A program made the position numbers and the translations under genes. A model generated the notes under the pieces. It searched no databases, was not told the DNA's origin, and saw nothing but the letters and a program-made list of their open reading frames with translations. Positions 17,123 through 26,356 of a stretch of 32,000 nucleotides of DNA are shown here, piece by piece. Numbering within the stretch: the stretch's first letter is position 1; each line of letters starts with the position of its first letter. Where the stretch lies: contig NC_017039.1 of NCBI RefSeq assembly GCF_000284455.1, positions 210,001 through 242,000 of the forward strand. The letters are read 5' to 3'. The DNA comes from Synechocystis sp. PCC 6803 substr. PCC-P. GTDB taxonomy: Bacteria; Cyanobacteriota; Cyanobacteriia; Cyanobacteriales; Microcystaceae.

Positions 17123-17899
17123 ATGTTGAAAAATATTTTTGCCCTGACAATTTTTGGGGGAATTTTTGGGGCTTTTCCCGTCCTTTCCCAAACGCCAATT
17201 CCCCAAACCGAAGCTCCGGCGAGAACCACAGATCAGTTAGTTGATCAAGTTTGTGGTTTTATCCAGTCCCAAAAGACTTTTAGTGTAGATATGGCCATTA
17301 CCTATGATGAATTATTGGAGATAGGTAGTAAAGTTCAATACAGCGCTAACCAAGCACTATTAGTGGCAAAACCGAACCGTTTACGCTCCGATTATGTCGG
17401 GGATGAACGGGTAACAAATTTTTACTACGATGGTAGGAATTTTACCCTCCAGGCTCCCAATTTAGGATTTTATAACACTAAACCGGCACCGGATACATTG
17501 GATGGTGTGTTAGATCAAATTGATAGCAAATACGGCATCACTCTGCCCATGTCTAACTTGTTTGCCAGTGATCCCTGTGAAGATTTAAAAGCAGAAACCG
17601 AAAGTAGTTTCTTTGTGGGTAATAATTTAGTGGGTAATGAAGAAACCTATCAAATTTTGCTTCAGGGGGAAAATAGGGACTTTCAGATATGGATTAGTCA
17701 GGGGGAGCAACCTGTGTTAAAAAAGGCAATCATCACCTATAAAGACTTGCCCGGAGAGCCCCAATATACAGTGGTATTTTCCAATTGGAATTTCCAGCCA
17801 GAATTACCTAGCAGTGCTTTTACTTTCACCCCAGCTAAAGACGATGTAATGGTGGAATTTATTCCCCTAGATAAACTGAATTTGCCGTCAGAAAATTAG
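17123..17899 (+). CDS. Secreted LolA-fold-like periplasmic protein (DUF2092-like)
   Basis: It has a signal peptide (MLKNIFALTIFGGIFGAFPVLSQ). The body matches my memory of the DUF2092 profile (...KPNRLRSDYVGDERVTNFYYDGRNFTL...FYNTKPAPDTLDGVLD...ITLPMSNLF...FQIWISQGEQPVLKKAIITYKDLPGEPQYTVVFSNWNF...AFTFTPAKD). Confidence 0.6.
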   Translation: MLKNIFALTIFGGIFGAFPVLSQTPIPQTEAPARTTDQLVDQVCGFIQSQKTFSVDMAITYDELLEIGSKVQYSANQALLVAKPNRLRSDYVGDERVTNFYYDGRNFTLQAPNLGFYNTKPAPDTLDGVLDQIDSKYGITLPMSNLFASDPCEDLKAETESSFFVGNNLVGNEETYQILLQGENRDFQIWISQGEQPVLKKAIITYKDLPGEPQYTVVFSNWNFQPELPSSAFTFTPAKDDVMVEFIPLDKLNLPSEN

Positions 17900-17942
17900 T
17901 GATTTTAAGACTGGATCATTTCCGGTCATATCCTTTAAAACT

Positions 17943-18812
17943 ATGGGCCCAACTATGAAATCTTTAGTGCGTCAAACTGCCTGTTTATTTTCCATTCTCA
18001 TTTTAGGATTGACCCTTTTACCCATGGATTCGGCCTTGGCTAGGGGAGGCCGAGGGGGAGGTAGTCGAGGGGGCGGCGGCGGTGCTTCTCCCCGGATGAG
18101 TTCCGGTGGTGCCAATCGGAGCGGTGGGGGAATGCAAAATCGGGGCAGTTTTAACAGTAGCAGTCGTTCCCAAAGTCGGAGTTCAGGGCAGGCTAACCGC
18201 CAAAGTAACCGTCAAGCCGGCAGTCAAAGTCGTCAGGACAACCGGCAAGGAAATCAACAAAACCGTCAGAGTAACCGTCAAACGGGGAGCCAGAATCGTC
18301 AGGATAACCGTCAGGGGAACCAGCAAAATCGGCAAGATCAAAGAACTCAAAGGACGGATACCCGTCAGGGAGAACGCTCTAACCGCACTGATACCCGACA
18401 ACAAGGAGCAACCGATCGCCAAAATAATCGCCAAAACTTTGTGGACAACAATAATAATTGGTACAACGGCGGTGGCTGGTATGGGGGCGGTTACGGAGTG
18501 CCACCGGGATGGGGCTGGGTCGGCTTCACCACTGGGCTCGTTTTAGGAACGGCGATCGCCACTCCTCCTCCCTATTACGACACCGTCTATGTCGGTTCTT
18601 CGTCCTATATGTATTCCGATGGGGTTTATCTCCAACCCAGTGGGGATGAATATGTGATAGTTGCACCACCAGTGGGAGCGACAGTTAATTATTTACCCGA
18701 TGGTTGTACTTCTGTGAGCTTAAATGGGGGATATTATTTCGATTGCGGTGGTATTTACTATCAACCATTTTTTGAAAATGGCATAGCAGTTTATCAAGTC
18801 GTGCAACTCTAA
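17943..18812 (+). CDS. Exported protein with a ~150-aa Arg/Gly/Ser/Gln/Asn-only disordered region and a Tyr/Gly-rich C-terminal domain
   Basis: The signal peptide, likely starting at ATG 17955, is MKSLVRQTACLFSILILGLTLLPMDSALA. It is followed by RGGRGGGSRGGGGGASP...NRQSNRQAGSQSRQDNRQGNQQ x2...TDTRQ. Next come one hydrophobic segment (GFTTGLVLGTAIA) and the C-terminal YYDTVYVGSSSYMYSDGVYLQP...VIVAPPVGATVNYLPDGC...GGYYFDCGGIYYQPF...YQVV. Confidence 0.7.
   Translation: MGPTMKSLVRQTACLFSILILGLTLLPMDSALARGGRGGGSRGGGGGASPRMSSGGANRSGGGMQNRGSFNSSSRSQSRSSGQANRQSNRQAGSQSRQDNRQGNQQNRQSNRQTGSQNRQDNRQGNQQNRQDQRTQRTDTRQGERSNRTDTRQQGATDRQNNRQNFVDNNNNWYNGGGWYGGGYGVPPGWGWVGFTTGLVLGTAIATPPPYYDTVYVGSSSYMYSDGVYLQPSGDEYVIVAPPVGATVNYLPDGCTSVSLNGGYYFDCGGIYYQPFFENGIAVYQVVQL
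18195..18326 (+). repeat. In-frame 66-nt (22-codon) tandem duplication inside the low-complexity region
   Basis: Unit 1 (18195-18260) encodes NRQSNRQAGSQSRQDNRQGNQQ. Unit 2 (18261-18326) encodes NRQSNRQTGSQNRQDNRQGNQQ. A partial third unit (NRQDQR) follows. A codon-by-codon comparison shows 10 synonymous and only 2 nonsynonymous differences. Confidence 0.9.
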
Positions 18813-18865
18813 TTATTAATTAGCCTAGAAAGTATTACAAATTTTATTCCTGTTATGACTGTCCT

Positions 18866-20566
18866 GTGATTAAACAAATATTTCCCATTTTCCAGTGGTT
18901 ACCAAATTATCATCCTAGTTGGCTGAAAGCTGATGTGGTGGCGGGTTTAACCCTTGCGGCCTATGCCATTCCCGTGGCCCTAGCCTATGGATCTTTAGCG
19001 GGATTGCCCTCTGAGGTGGGATTGTATTGTTATATGTTGGGGGCCGTTGGCTACGCTTTTTTCGGTACTTCCCGTCAATTAGCGTTGGGACCCACGTCTG
19101 CTATTTCCATTCTTGTCGGGGTGAGTTTAGCCCCCCTGGCTAACGACGATGCTGGGCGTTATTTGATTTTGGCATCTTCCACTGCGATTTTGGTAGCAAT
19201 AATTTGCCTGCTAGCTTGGTTACTCAAGTTATCCCAGATTGTTAATTTTATTTCCGAACCAATCTTGACCGGTTTTAAAGCGGGGGCGGCATTACAAATT
19301 GCATCTACCCAATTACCCAAATTATTTGGTGTGCCGTCTGGGGGAAGTAACTTTTTTAGTCGTATTTGGGATTTATTCCACCATTGGCAGGAAATTCAGC
19401 CTGCAACTTTACTGGTGGGAGGTTTGGCTCTGGTTTTGCTCGTTATGGGCGATCGCCTTTGGCCATCCAAACCTATTTCCCTGATGGTAGTGATTTTGGC
19501 CATTGTTGTTATGGGAATCACAAATTTACTCGAACAGGGGGTGAAAGTGGTGGGGGAAATTCCCCAGGGTTTACCTAGTTTTGGGATGCCCCATTGGAGT
19601 TTTAGTGACCTTGATAGCCTATTGCCCCTCGCCCTAGCTTGTTTTTTACTGTCCTATATCGAAGGTATTTCCACCGCCCGTAGTTTTGCCATCAAACATC
19701 ACTATCGCATTAATCCAGAACAGGAATTGTTGGCGATCGGGGCGGCTAATCTGGCGGCGGGTTTAGGGCAAGGTTATCCCATTGCCGGGGGACTTTCTCA
19801 ATCGGCAGTAAATGAAAAAGCAGGGGCAAAAACACCCTTAGCAATCATTATTACTGCCTGTATTATTGCCATAGTCTTGCTGTTTTTTACCGGTCTTTTC
19901 AGCAATTTACCAGAGGCAATCCTGGGATCGGTAGTTTTAGTGGCGGTAAAAGGGTTAATTAATATTCCTGAGTTACAACATCTCAAAAAAATTGCCCCTC
20001 TGGAATTTAAGGTTTCCCTTATTGCTCTGTTCGGGGTACTTTGCTTTGGGGTGCTACAGGGGGTTTTATTAGCGGCGATCGCCTCCATTTTGTTCTTGAT
20101 CCATATTATTTCTTATCCTAGTAGCGCAGTTTTAGGAAGAATTCCTGGCTCTGACCAATTTAGCGACCTTGAACGTCATCCGGAAAATTTAGTCATTTCT
20201 GGGGTATTGATTTATCGAATCAATGGACCAATTTTATATTTCAATATTAATAACATCGAAAGTGATTTATTTAACCACCTTGCTCAACAGCAAGAGCCAG
20301 TAGAGTTAGTGATTTTTGAAATGGGAACCTCCCCTGGTATTGATACTCCTGCTGCTCGTTGGTTTAAAACCTTATCGCAAAGCCTTAATCAACAGGGCAT
20401 AACTTTAAAATTAGTAAATGCTAGCGGGTTCGTGCGGGATCGTTTGCGGGCAGAAGGGTTAGAAGGTGAAGTAGGAACTTTCCGACGTTTAGACACCGTT
20501 GATTCCCTGATTTCTGAGTTTAATTGCCAACGATATTCAGATTTACCCCATACCGAAAATGACTGA
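18866..20566 (+). CDS. SulP-family anion transporter with a C-terminal STAS domain
   Basis: FPIFQWLPNYHPSWLKADVVAGLTLAAYAIPVALAYGSLAGLP is the characteristic SulP N-terminus. It has about 10-12 hydrophobic helices. The C-terminal region (VLIYRINGPILYFNINNIE...VIFEMGTSPGIDTPAARWFKTL...LKLVNASGFVRDRLRAEGL) is a STAS domain. GTG at 18866 is the only start candidate in the open frame (the in-frame stop is at 18821). Confidence 0.9.
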   Translation: MIKQIFPIFQWLPNYHPSWLKADVVAGLTLAAYAIPVALAYGSLAGLPSEVGLYCYMLGAVGYAFFGTSRQLALGPTSAISILVGVSLAPLANDDAGRYLILASSTAILVAIICLLAWLLKLSQIVNFISEPILTGFKAGAALQIASTQLPKLFGVPSGGSNFFSRIWDLFHHWQEIQPATLLVGGLALVLLVMGDRLWPSKPISLMVVILAIVVMGITNLLEQGVKVVGEIPQGLPSFGMPHWSFSDLDSLLPLALACFLLSYIEGISTARSFAIKHHYRINPEQELLAIGAANLAAGLGQGYPIAGGLSQSAVNEKAGAKTPLAIIITACIIAIVLLFFTGLFSNLPEAILGSVVLVAVKGLINIPELQHLKKIAPLEFKVSLIALFGVLCFGVLQGVLLAAIASILFLIHIISYPSSAVLGRIPGSDQFSDLERHPENLVISGVLIYRINGPILYFNINNIESDLFNHLAQQQEPVELVIFEMGTSPGIDTPAARWFKTLSQSLNQQGITLKLVNASGFVRDRLRAEGLEGEVGTFRRLDTVDSLISEFNCQRYSDLPHTEND

Positions 20567-20657
20567 AGAGTGACATTTTATTTTTACTTGGTAAATATAA
20601 TTTATTCACATTTGAAATTCACCAATTTATCTATCCTGTAAATACGAAGTGAGACAA

Positions 20658-21839
20658 CTATTGTTGCATTTTCTCCAAAATAGCGACAGAGGTGGGGGAC
20701 TGACGGGTAAAGTAATTAAAAATTAATAGCTTAAACAGTGAATCCAAAAATACAGGCACTGTGGCAATAAAAATATAAACGGCGTGGCGATTTTCCGGTA
20801 GTCCAAAATGGCTTGTCAAGTTTTCCAATACCACTTCCCAACCATGGGCCGAATGAAAGCCAACAAACATATCTGTTAATAAAATAAAAATGAATACCTT
20901 GGTAATATCATTTAAAGCTAAAAAAGACTGACTTAAATATTGCTGAGTGATAATGGATTTACCACGAAATACTATGATCAAAACCACAAAAGCTACTAAT
21001 CCAGCAATATCAGCGAGGAGATTCACTATGCCCTGTTGACTGTTAGTGGCAGCCTGGCGGATTAATTCTTCAGCTTTCTTCTTTAGTTCTTGATGAATTT
21101 TTTCCTGGTTGAGAGGTTGATTTTCTGATAGAAGCTGTTTGATTTCTAAAGTTTCTTTATAGCGAGCAAATTCTTCAAAATAGTGTTCAATGGTCTCCTC
21201 TTGATAGTGAATTTTTTCCCAGGCAACTATATCTACTCGGAAGTGTTGTACCAAGGGGGCAAAAACTAAGTTTTTAGTCAGTATTTGAACTGTCAAAGGA
21301 ATGAAAATAAGAACTATTAAAAAACGAGTGGCAATGCGTCTTTGAAGTCTGAGATTACGGAGATTTTGTAAAATTTTCTGTTCATCCTGTGCGGATAAAT
21401 CCCGTTGAATATTAAAGAAGTTACTACGTTTTGGTGAGATATTGTTAATTTCAGCAGAAGATTGGGAGTCAACTTCTACTAAATCTTCAGAAAAACGATA
21501 TTTGGCAATAATCTTTTCAATGGCATCCAGTTTGACAATAATTTCAGCTTCTGTTATTTGAAAATCCTCACTATTGTTCAATAAATTAGTTGCGTTAAAG
21601 CGAGCTAGATTAAACTTAATTTTTAATAATTCCCGCTCTAAAGTAGATTTGAAATAGTTGTAGGTATTAACGCCTCTTTGACTGTCAGGGGCGATTTTGC
21701 CCCCGTCAAAATAGGTTTTCTCAATGGATTCGATCGCCTGGGCACTAACTTGGGCGTTATCCAAAGCGGCGATCGCCTGGCGGACTAACCAGTGGTGGAA
21801 TCGATGGTTGGGGGAACCGAGTTTTTTGTCAGGTAACAT
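20658..21839 (-). CDS. pxcA: Proton-extrusion / CemA-family inner-membrane protein (PxcA, also called CotA)
   Basis: The C-terminal third, ...FVGFHSAHGWEVVLENLTSHFGLPENRHAVYIFIATVPVFLDSLFKLLIFNYFTRQSPTSVAILEKM, closely parallels plastid CemA (FHSPHGWE...[30 protein letters not shown]). I recall it as sll1685. Confidence 0.85.
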   Translation of the reverse strand: MLPDKKLGSPNHRFHHWLVRQAIAALDNAQVSAQAIESIEKTYFDGGKIAPDSQRGVNTYNYFKSTLERELLKIKFNLARFNATNLLNNSEDFQITEAEIIVKLDAIEKIIAKYRFSEDLVEVDSQSSAEINNISPKRSNFFNIQRDLSAQDEQKILQNLRNLRLQRRIATRFLIVLIFIPLTVQILTKNLVFAPLVQHFRVDIVAWEKIHYQEETIEHYFEEFARYKETLEIKQLLSENQPLNQEKIHQELKKKAEELIRQAATNSQQGIVNLLADIAGLVAFVVLIIVFRGKSIITQQYLSQSFLALNDITKVFIFILLTDMFVGFHSAHGWEVVLENLTSHFGLPENRHAVYIFIATVPVFLDSLFKLLIFNYFTRQSPTSVAILEKMQQ

Positions 21840-22007
21840 GGTGGTAGGCTCTGGGCAAAATCAAGGGGAAAGGGAGCTTACAAATCAACGGAAGGTCCAC
21901 CTCAATATTCCATAACAATCCGAAAAAAGTTGCACAAGTCCAGGCCCACCGGGGATGATGTTAACTTGTTGCTCAAATCTGTTCCCCGTCGGTACTGTTA
22001 ACTCTCC

Positions 22008-24038
22008 ATGACCACCCTGACCCCCTTTATTCCCCTCAATTTCCCCATCACGGCGATCGTCGGCCAAGAGGCAATCAAGCTGGCTTTACTCCTAGGGGCG
22101 ATCGATCCTGGCTTGGGGGGCATTGTTATTGCCGGACGGCGGGGCACAGCCAAATCGGTCATGGCTAGGGCAATTCACACTTTGCTCCCTCCCATTGAAA
22201 TCATTAAGGGCAACCGTTACCAATGCGATCCAAAAAATCCCGGCAGTTGGGATGATGACACCCTAGAAAAATTTGCCGATGTTCCCCTGGATCAATTGGA
22301 AACCCAGGTAATTCCCGCTCCCTTTATTCAAATTCCCCTGGGGGTCACGGAGGATCGCCTGTTGGGATCGGTGGATGTGGAAAAATCCGTTAAGCAAGGG
22401 GAAGCGGTGTTTCAGCCGGGATTACTGGCCCAGGCCCATCGGGGGGTGCTGTACATTGACGAGTTGAATTTACTGGATGACCAGATTGCCAATCAGTTGC
22501 TAACGGTGTTAACGGAAGGCAAAAACCAGATTGAGCGGGAAGGCATGAGTTTTCAGCATCCCTGCCAGCCTTTATTAATTGCCACCTATAACCCCGAAGA
22601 AGGGCCGTTGCGTCGCCATTTATTGGACCGCATTGCGATCGCCTTGAGTGCGGACGGTATTTTGGGGCTGGATCAACGGGTAGCGGCGGTGGATCAGGTG
22701 CTAGCCTATGCCGATTCTCCCATTAGTTTTATTGACCAGTACGACGCCGAATTGGACGACCTAAAAACCACCATCATTCTGGCTCGGGAATGGCTCAAGG
22801 AAGTGAGTTTAACCCCGGAACAGGTGAGTTATCTGGTGGAAGAAGCAATCCGGGGCGGCCTCCAGGGCCATCGGGGAGAATTGTTTGCCATGCGGGTAGC
22901 GAAGGCGATCGCCGCTTTGGATGGCCGTAGTGATGTGCAGGCTGATGATCTGCGGCAAGCAGTGGAATTGGTGATTGTGCCCCGTAGCGTGTTGATGGAC
23001 AATCCCCCGCCTCCGGAACAGGCTCCCCCCCCGCCGCCCCCTCCCCAAAATCAGGATGAAGGGAAAGACGAGCAAGAGGATCAACAGGATGACAAGGAAG
23101 ACGACAAAGATAATGAACCGGAAGCGGAACAGGATCCCCCCAGCATTCCGGAAGAATTCATTTTTGATCCTGAAGGAGTAAGCCTTGATCCCTCGGTGCT
23201 GTATTTTGCCCAGATGGCCCAGAAACAAGGTAAATCCGGCAGTCGTTCCGTAATTTTTTCCGATGACCGGGGCCGTTACCTCAAACCGATTTTGCCCAAA
23301 GGAAAAGTCCGCCGCATTGCTGTGGATGCCACGTTGCGGGCCGCTTCCCCCTACCAAAAATCCCGTCGTTTACGCCATCCCGATCGCCAGGTAATTGTGG
23401 AGCAGGGAGATATTCGGGGTAAAAAGTTAGTGCGGAAAGCCGGGGCATTAATTGTGTTTTTGGTGGATGCGTCGGGTTCCATGGCGTTGAATCGTATGCA
23501 GGCCGCCAAAGGGGCGGTGATGCAATTGCTCACAGAAGCCTACGAAAATCGAGATCAGGTTTCCCTTATTCCCTTCCAGGGAGAAAATGCCGAGGTACTA
23601 TTGCCCCCCACCCGTTCCATTGCCATGGCCAAAAAACGGCTGGAAACTTTGCCCTGTGGCGGTGGTTCTCCCCTTTCCCACGGCTTGATGCAAGCGGTCA
23701 ATGTGGGTATGAATGCTAAACGATCCGGGGATATTGGGCAGGTAGTAATTGTGGCCATTACCGATGGTCGGGGTAATATTCCCTTGGCCCGTTCCCTGGG
23801 CGATGAAATTCCCGAAGGAGAAAAGCCTGATATCAAAGCGGAATTGTTAGAAATTGCCGCCAAGATTCGCGGTTTAGGGATGCAATTGTTGGTGATCAAC
23901 ACCGAGAAAAAATTTGTTTCCACTGGCTTCGGTAAAGAATTGGCCCAAAAAGCCGGGGGCAAATATTATCAACTCCCCAAAGCCACTGACCAAGGTATTG
24001 CCTCCATGGCCCGCCAGGCGATCGCCGACATGCAATAG
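22008..24038 (+). CDS. chlD: Magnesium chelatase subunit D
   Basis: The N-terminal AAA+-like module reads [39 protein letters not shown]...[11 protein letters not shown] polyproline/acidic linker follows ([38 protein letters not shown]). The C-terminal vWA domain has a MIDAS motif (FLVDASGSM...ITDGRGN). Confidence 0.95.
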   Translation: MTTLTPFIPLNFPITAIVGQEAIKLALLLGAIDPGLGGIVIAGRRGTAKSVMARAIHTLLPPIEIIKGNRYQCDPKNPGSWDDDTLEKFADVPLDQLETQVIPAPFIQIPLGVTEDRLLGSVDVEKSVKQGEAVFQPGLLAQAHRGVLYIDELNLLDDQIANQLLTVLTEGKNQIEREGMSFQHPCQPLLIATYNPEEGPLRRHLLDRIAIALSADGILGLDQRVAAVDQVLAYADSPISFIDQYDAELDDLKTTIILAREWLKEVSLTPEQVSYLVEEAIRGGLQGHRGELFAMRVAKAIAALDGRSDVQADDLRQAVELVIVPRSVLMDNPPPPEQAPPPPPPPQNQDEGKDEQEDQQDDKEDDKDNEPEAEQDPPSIPEEFIFDPEGVSLDPSVLYFAQMAQKQGKSGSRSVIFSDDRGRYLKPILPKGKVRRIAVDATLRAASPYQKSRRLRHPDRQVIVEQGDIRGKKLVRKAGALIVFLVDASGSMALNRMQAAKGAVMQLLTEAYENRDQVSLIPFQGENAEVLLPPTRSIAMAKKRLETLPCGGGSPLSHGLMQAVNVGMNAKRSGDIGQVVIVAITDGRGNIPLARSLGDEIPEGEKPDIKAELLEIAAKIRGLGMQLLVINTEKKFVSTGFGKELAQKAGGKYYQLPKATDQGIASMARQAIADMQ

Positions 24039-24119
24039 AATAAACTGACAAAATGTGCATTAAGTAACATCCCCTTTAGCTCGAAGGTTCAAGGTTGCCT
24101 CCACACAACTCAATCATCG

Positions 24120-24308
24120 ATGAAAGATGAAATTAAACAAGTTAATGATGTCGCCAAGCAATTTAAGATGTCAAAAGTCCAACGCAAGGAATTTGGCCGA
24201 TTTTTGGAAAAAAAGAAACAGGAAGGAAAGGGAGGAACAAAAAATGGACGGGGAGATTTTACTTACCCAGAATTAGAACAACAAGCCAAAGAGTTTCTAA
24301 AATCATGA
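24120..24308 (+). CDS. Small lysine-rich hypothetical protein (62 aa); first gene of a coupled pair
   Basis: An ATG ORF encoding MKDEIKQVNDVAKQFKMSKVQRKEFGRFLEKKKQEGKGGTKNGRGDFTYPELEQQAKEFLKS. Its TGA overlaps the next ATG (ATGA at 24305-24308). The segment is low in GC. Confidence 0.5.
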   Translation: MKDEIKQVNDVAKQFKMSKVQRKEFGRFLEKKKQEGKGGTKNGRGDFTYPELEQQAKEFLKS

Positions 24309-24838
24309 ATATTTCTTTTATTTCTTCGACAAATACATCCCCTCAAAAACTTGATCAACGTTATTTAAATAAGCTAATTAATTTGCAGATAAATGGTAAA
24401 ATTTGCTGGCAAGCTCATCTAGGTTATGGGCAAGAATTATGTCTAGAAATTGGTCAAAAAATTCCCTACTCTTCTCCTAGGCTTCAAGGCGAATCCAAAG
24501 GTGAATGGCAGTTTGGGACTAGAGCCTCAGACTGGTCTATTATAACTGCCGGCAAAAGGCCCTGTTTCTTTGTCAAATCATCAGAAGATGAATCAATAAT
24601 TAGGAGTAAGATAGAAAAACTTAATAATCAGGTCGTTAAAGGCATTAGAATTATCAACTATTCCCCAGGTTATTGCTACTGTTTTAATTTAGGTCATTAT
24701 GATCTTTTGATTCCCGACCAAAATAATGATGATGGTTTATCTTTATGGGAATTGTTTATACCCGAGCCCGATCGCCTTGTGTTGGAGGTATTTCCCCATC
24801 TGAGATTTCAACTACATTCCCAAGATGAAAGTGCCTGA
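24305..24838 (+). CDS. Hypothetical protein (177 aa); second gene of the coupled pair
   Basis: An ATG ORF with no recognised catalytic motif. The pattern of conserved Trp/Gly residues (GEWQFGTRASDWSII ... LSLWELFIPEPDRLVLEV) is reminiscent of small beta-rich immunity-type proteins. This is tentative. Confidence 0.6.
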   Translation: MNISFISSTNTSPQKLDQRYLNKLINLQINGKICWQAHLGYGQELCLEIGQKIPYSSPRLQGESKGEWQFGTRASDWSIITAGKRPCFFVKSSEDESIIRSKIEKLNNQVVKGIRIINYSPGYCYCFNLGHYDLLIPDQNNDDGLSLWELFIPEPDRLVLEVFPHLRFQLHSQDESA

Positions 24839-24904
24839 AAGTTCGGTGATCGCCTACGTATGAAAATTTTAATCACAAATTATTTTCAACTTATTAATTT
24901 TGGT

Positions 24905-26356
24905 TTAATTCACCACAGCCAAATGGGTTAATTCCTCACTAGCTAAACCGCTGATGGTACCCCCTAAATTTAAAACTTCTGTCAAAAAGGCGATCGCCTC
25001 CGGGGTGATAATTTCTCCGGGAACAAGGACGGGAATACCGGGGGGATAGGGGCAAAGCAGACCAGCACTAATTTTCCCAATCGCTTCATTAACGGTTACC
25101 GATTTTTGGGCAGCATGGGCCGCTCGGCGGGGAGTCATAGCCAGAATAGTACCGGGTAAGACGGGTAAAGTTAGGTGAAAAGGTTGTTGAGGATTCGTAG
25201 GTGCTAACTGGGTTAAAGCTTCCAATAAATGTCCTAAATCCTGGGCTTGATTGCCAATACTAACGATAAAACTTAACTGCCTTAGGGTGGGCAATTCCGC
25301 TGTAATTTGAAACTTTTCCCGTAACAAATCATCTACCTCAAATCCTGACATTCCCCAGGCAGTGACATCGACGGTAATGCGGGTGGGATCGAGGATTAAA
25401 GCTCCGGGCAAAGGTTTGGTAATTTCTAATAAAGTTAACCCAGGAATTTGACTTAATTGTTGTCGATAATGGAGGGTAAAATTCAATAATTCCGCCATCT
25501 TTTCTCTGCCGCCATTGGCCATTTGGTGCCGCGCATCATCGAGGGAAGCCAATAAAACATAATTGGGACTAGTGGATTGAATTAATTGCAAACATTGACT
25601 AATTCTTGGGGGATTAATTAAGTTTCCTTGGCCATGGATCATGGCACATTGACTCAAAGCTCCCAGCATTTTATGGGTGGATTGGATGACAATATCCGCC
25701 CCTAATTCTAAAGCCGGTCTGGGTAAGGATGGATGGAAAGCAAAATGGGCACCGTGGGCTTCATCAACAATGACAGGTAGGTTAACTCTATGACTTAATT
25801 TAATTAATTTTTGTAAGTCCCCCACAACACCGTGGTAGGTAGGATTGAGCAAAAATACTGCTTTTGCATCGTCATGTTCTTGCAATGCTTTACTTAAAGT
25901 TTCCTCCGTCACCCCCAAAGCCAAATCCCAATCGGGGTTAACCTCCGGTTCCAAAAATATTGGCACTGCCCCAGCATGGATAATGCCGGCGATCGCCGCT
26001 TGGTGAACATTCCGAGGCAAGAGAATTTTATCCCCATCCCCACAGGTGGCCAAAATTGCGGCCACAATACCGGCGGTGGAACCGTTAACAGAAAACCAAG
26101 TGTGTTCTGCCCCCCATAAATCCGCGGCTAACTCCTGAGCTTTGGCGATCGCCCCGGTGGGAGCAAAGAGATTATCTAATTCCGGCAATTCCGGCAGATC
26201 AGCTTGGAAGAGGTTTGGCCCCAACCATTGTTTAAAACTAGGGGAAATACCCTGACCCCTTTTATGGCCCGGCGCATAAAAAGGCGTATCCGGTTGTTGA
26301 GCTAGGGCTTTTAACGCATTGACCAGGGGCAAATCTTGTTGATTGAGGTTGACCAT
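24905..26356 (-). CDS. PLP-dependent Orn/Lys/Arg decarboxylase-family enzyme (fold type I)
   Basis: FYAPGHKRGQG, FSVNGSTAGIVAAILA, IVDEAHGAHF and the PLP-lysine motif QSTHKMLGALSQ are typical of the OKR_DC_1 family. I recall it being annotated as lysine decarboxylase (sll1683). Confidence 0.85.
   Translation of the reverse strand: MVNLNQQDLPLVNALKALAQQPDTPFYAPGHKRGQGISPSFKQWLGPNLFQADLPELPELDNLFAPTGAIAKAQELAADLWGAEHTWFSVNGSTAGIVAAILATCGDGDKILLPRNVHQAAIAGIIHAGAVPIFLEPEVNPDWDLALGVTEETLSKALQEHDDAKAVFLLNPTYHGVVGDLQKLIKLSHRVNLPVIVDEAHGAHFAFHPSLPRPALELGADIVIQSTHKMLGALSQCAMIHGQGNLINPPRISQCLQLIQSTSPNYVLLASLDDARHQMANGGREKMAELLNFTLHYRQQLSQIPGLTLLEITKPLPGALILDPTRITVDVTAWGMSGFEVDDLLREKFQITAELPTLRQLSFIVSIGNQAQDLGHLLEALTQLAPTNPQQPFHLTLPVLPGTILAMTPRRAAHAAQKSVTVNEAIGKISAGLLCPYPPGIPVLVPGEIITPEAIAFLTEVLNLGGTISGLASEELTHLAVVN

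Noticed and set aside
18106-18546. ORFs 18106..18546(+), 18183..18434(-) and 18458..18649(+), overlapping the R/G/Q/N-rich gene.
   Set aside because: The repetitive CAA/CAG/CGT/AAC codon content keeps alternative frames open by chance. Only the 17943/17955 frame has a signal peptide, a structured C-terminal domain and synonymous-biased repeat divergence.
20567-20657. A perfect TATAAT (20596-20601) in the convergent SulP/pxcA gap, which could drive an antisense RNA into pxcA.
   Set aside because: The gap is very AT-rich, so a chance TATAAT is likely. The nearest -35-like hexamer (GTGACA) is 20 nt away, and nothing else supports a promoter.
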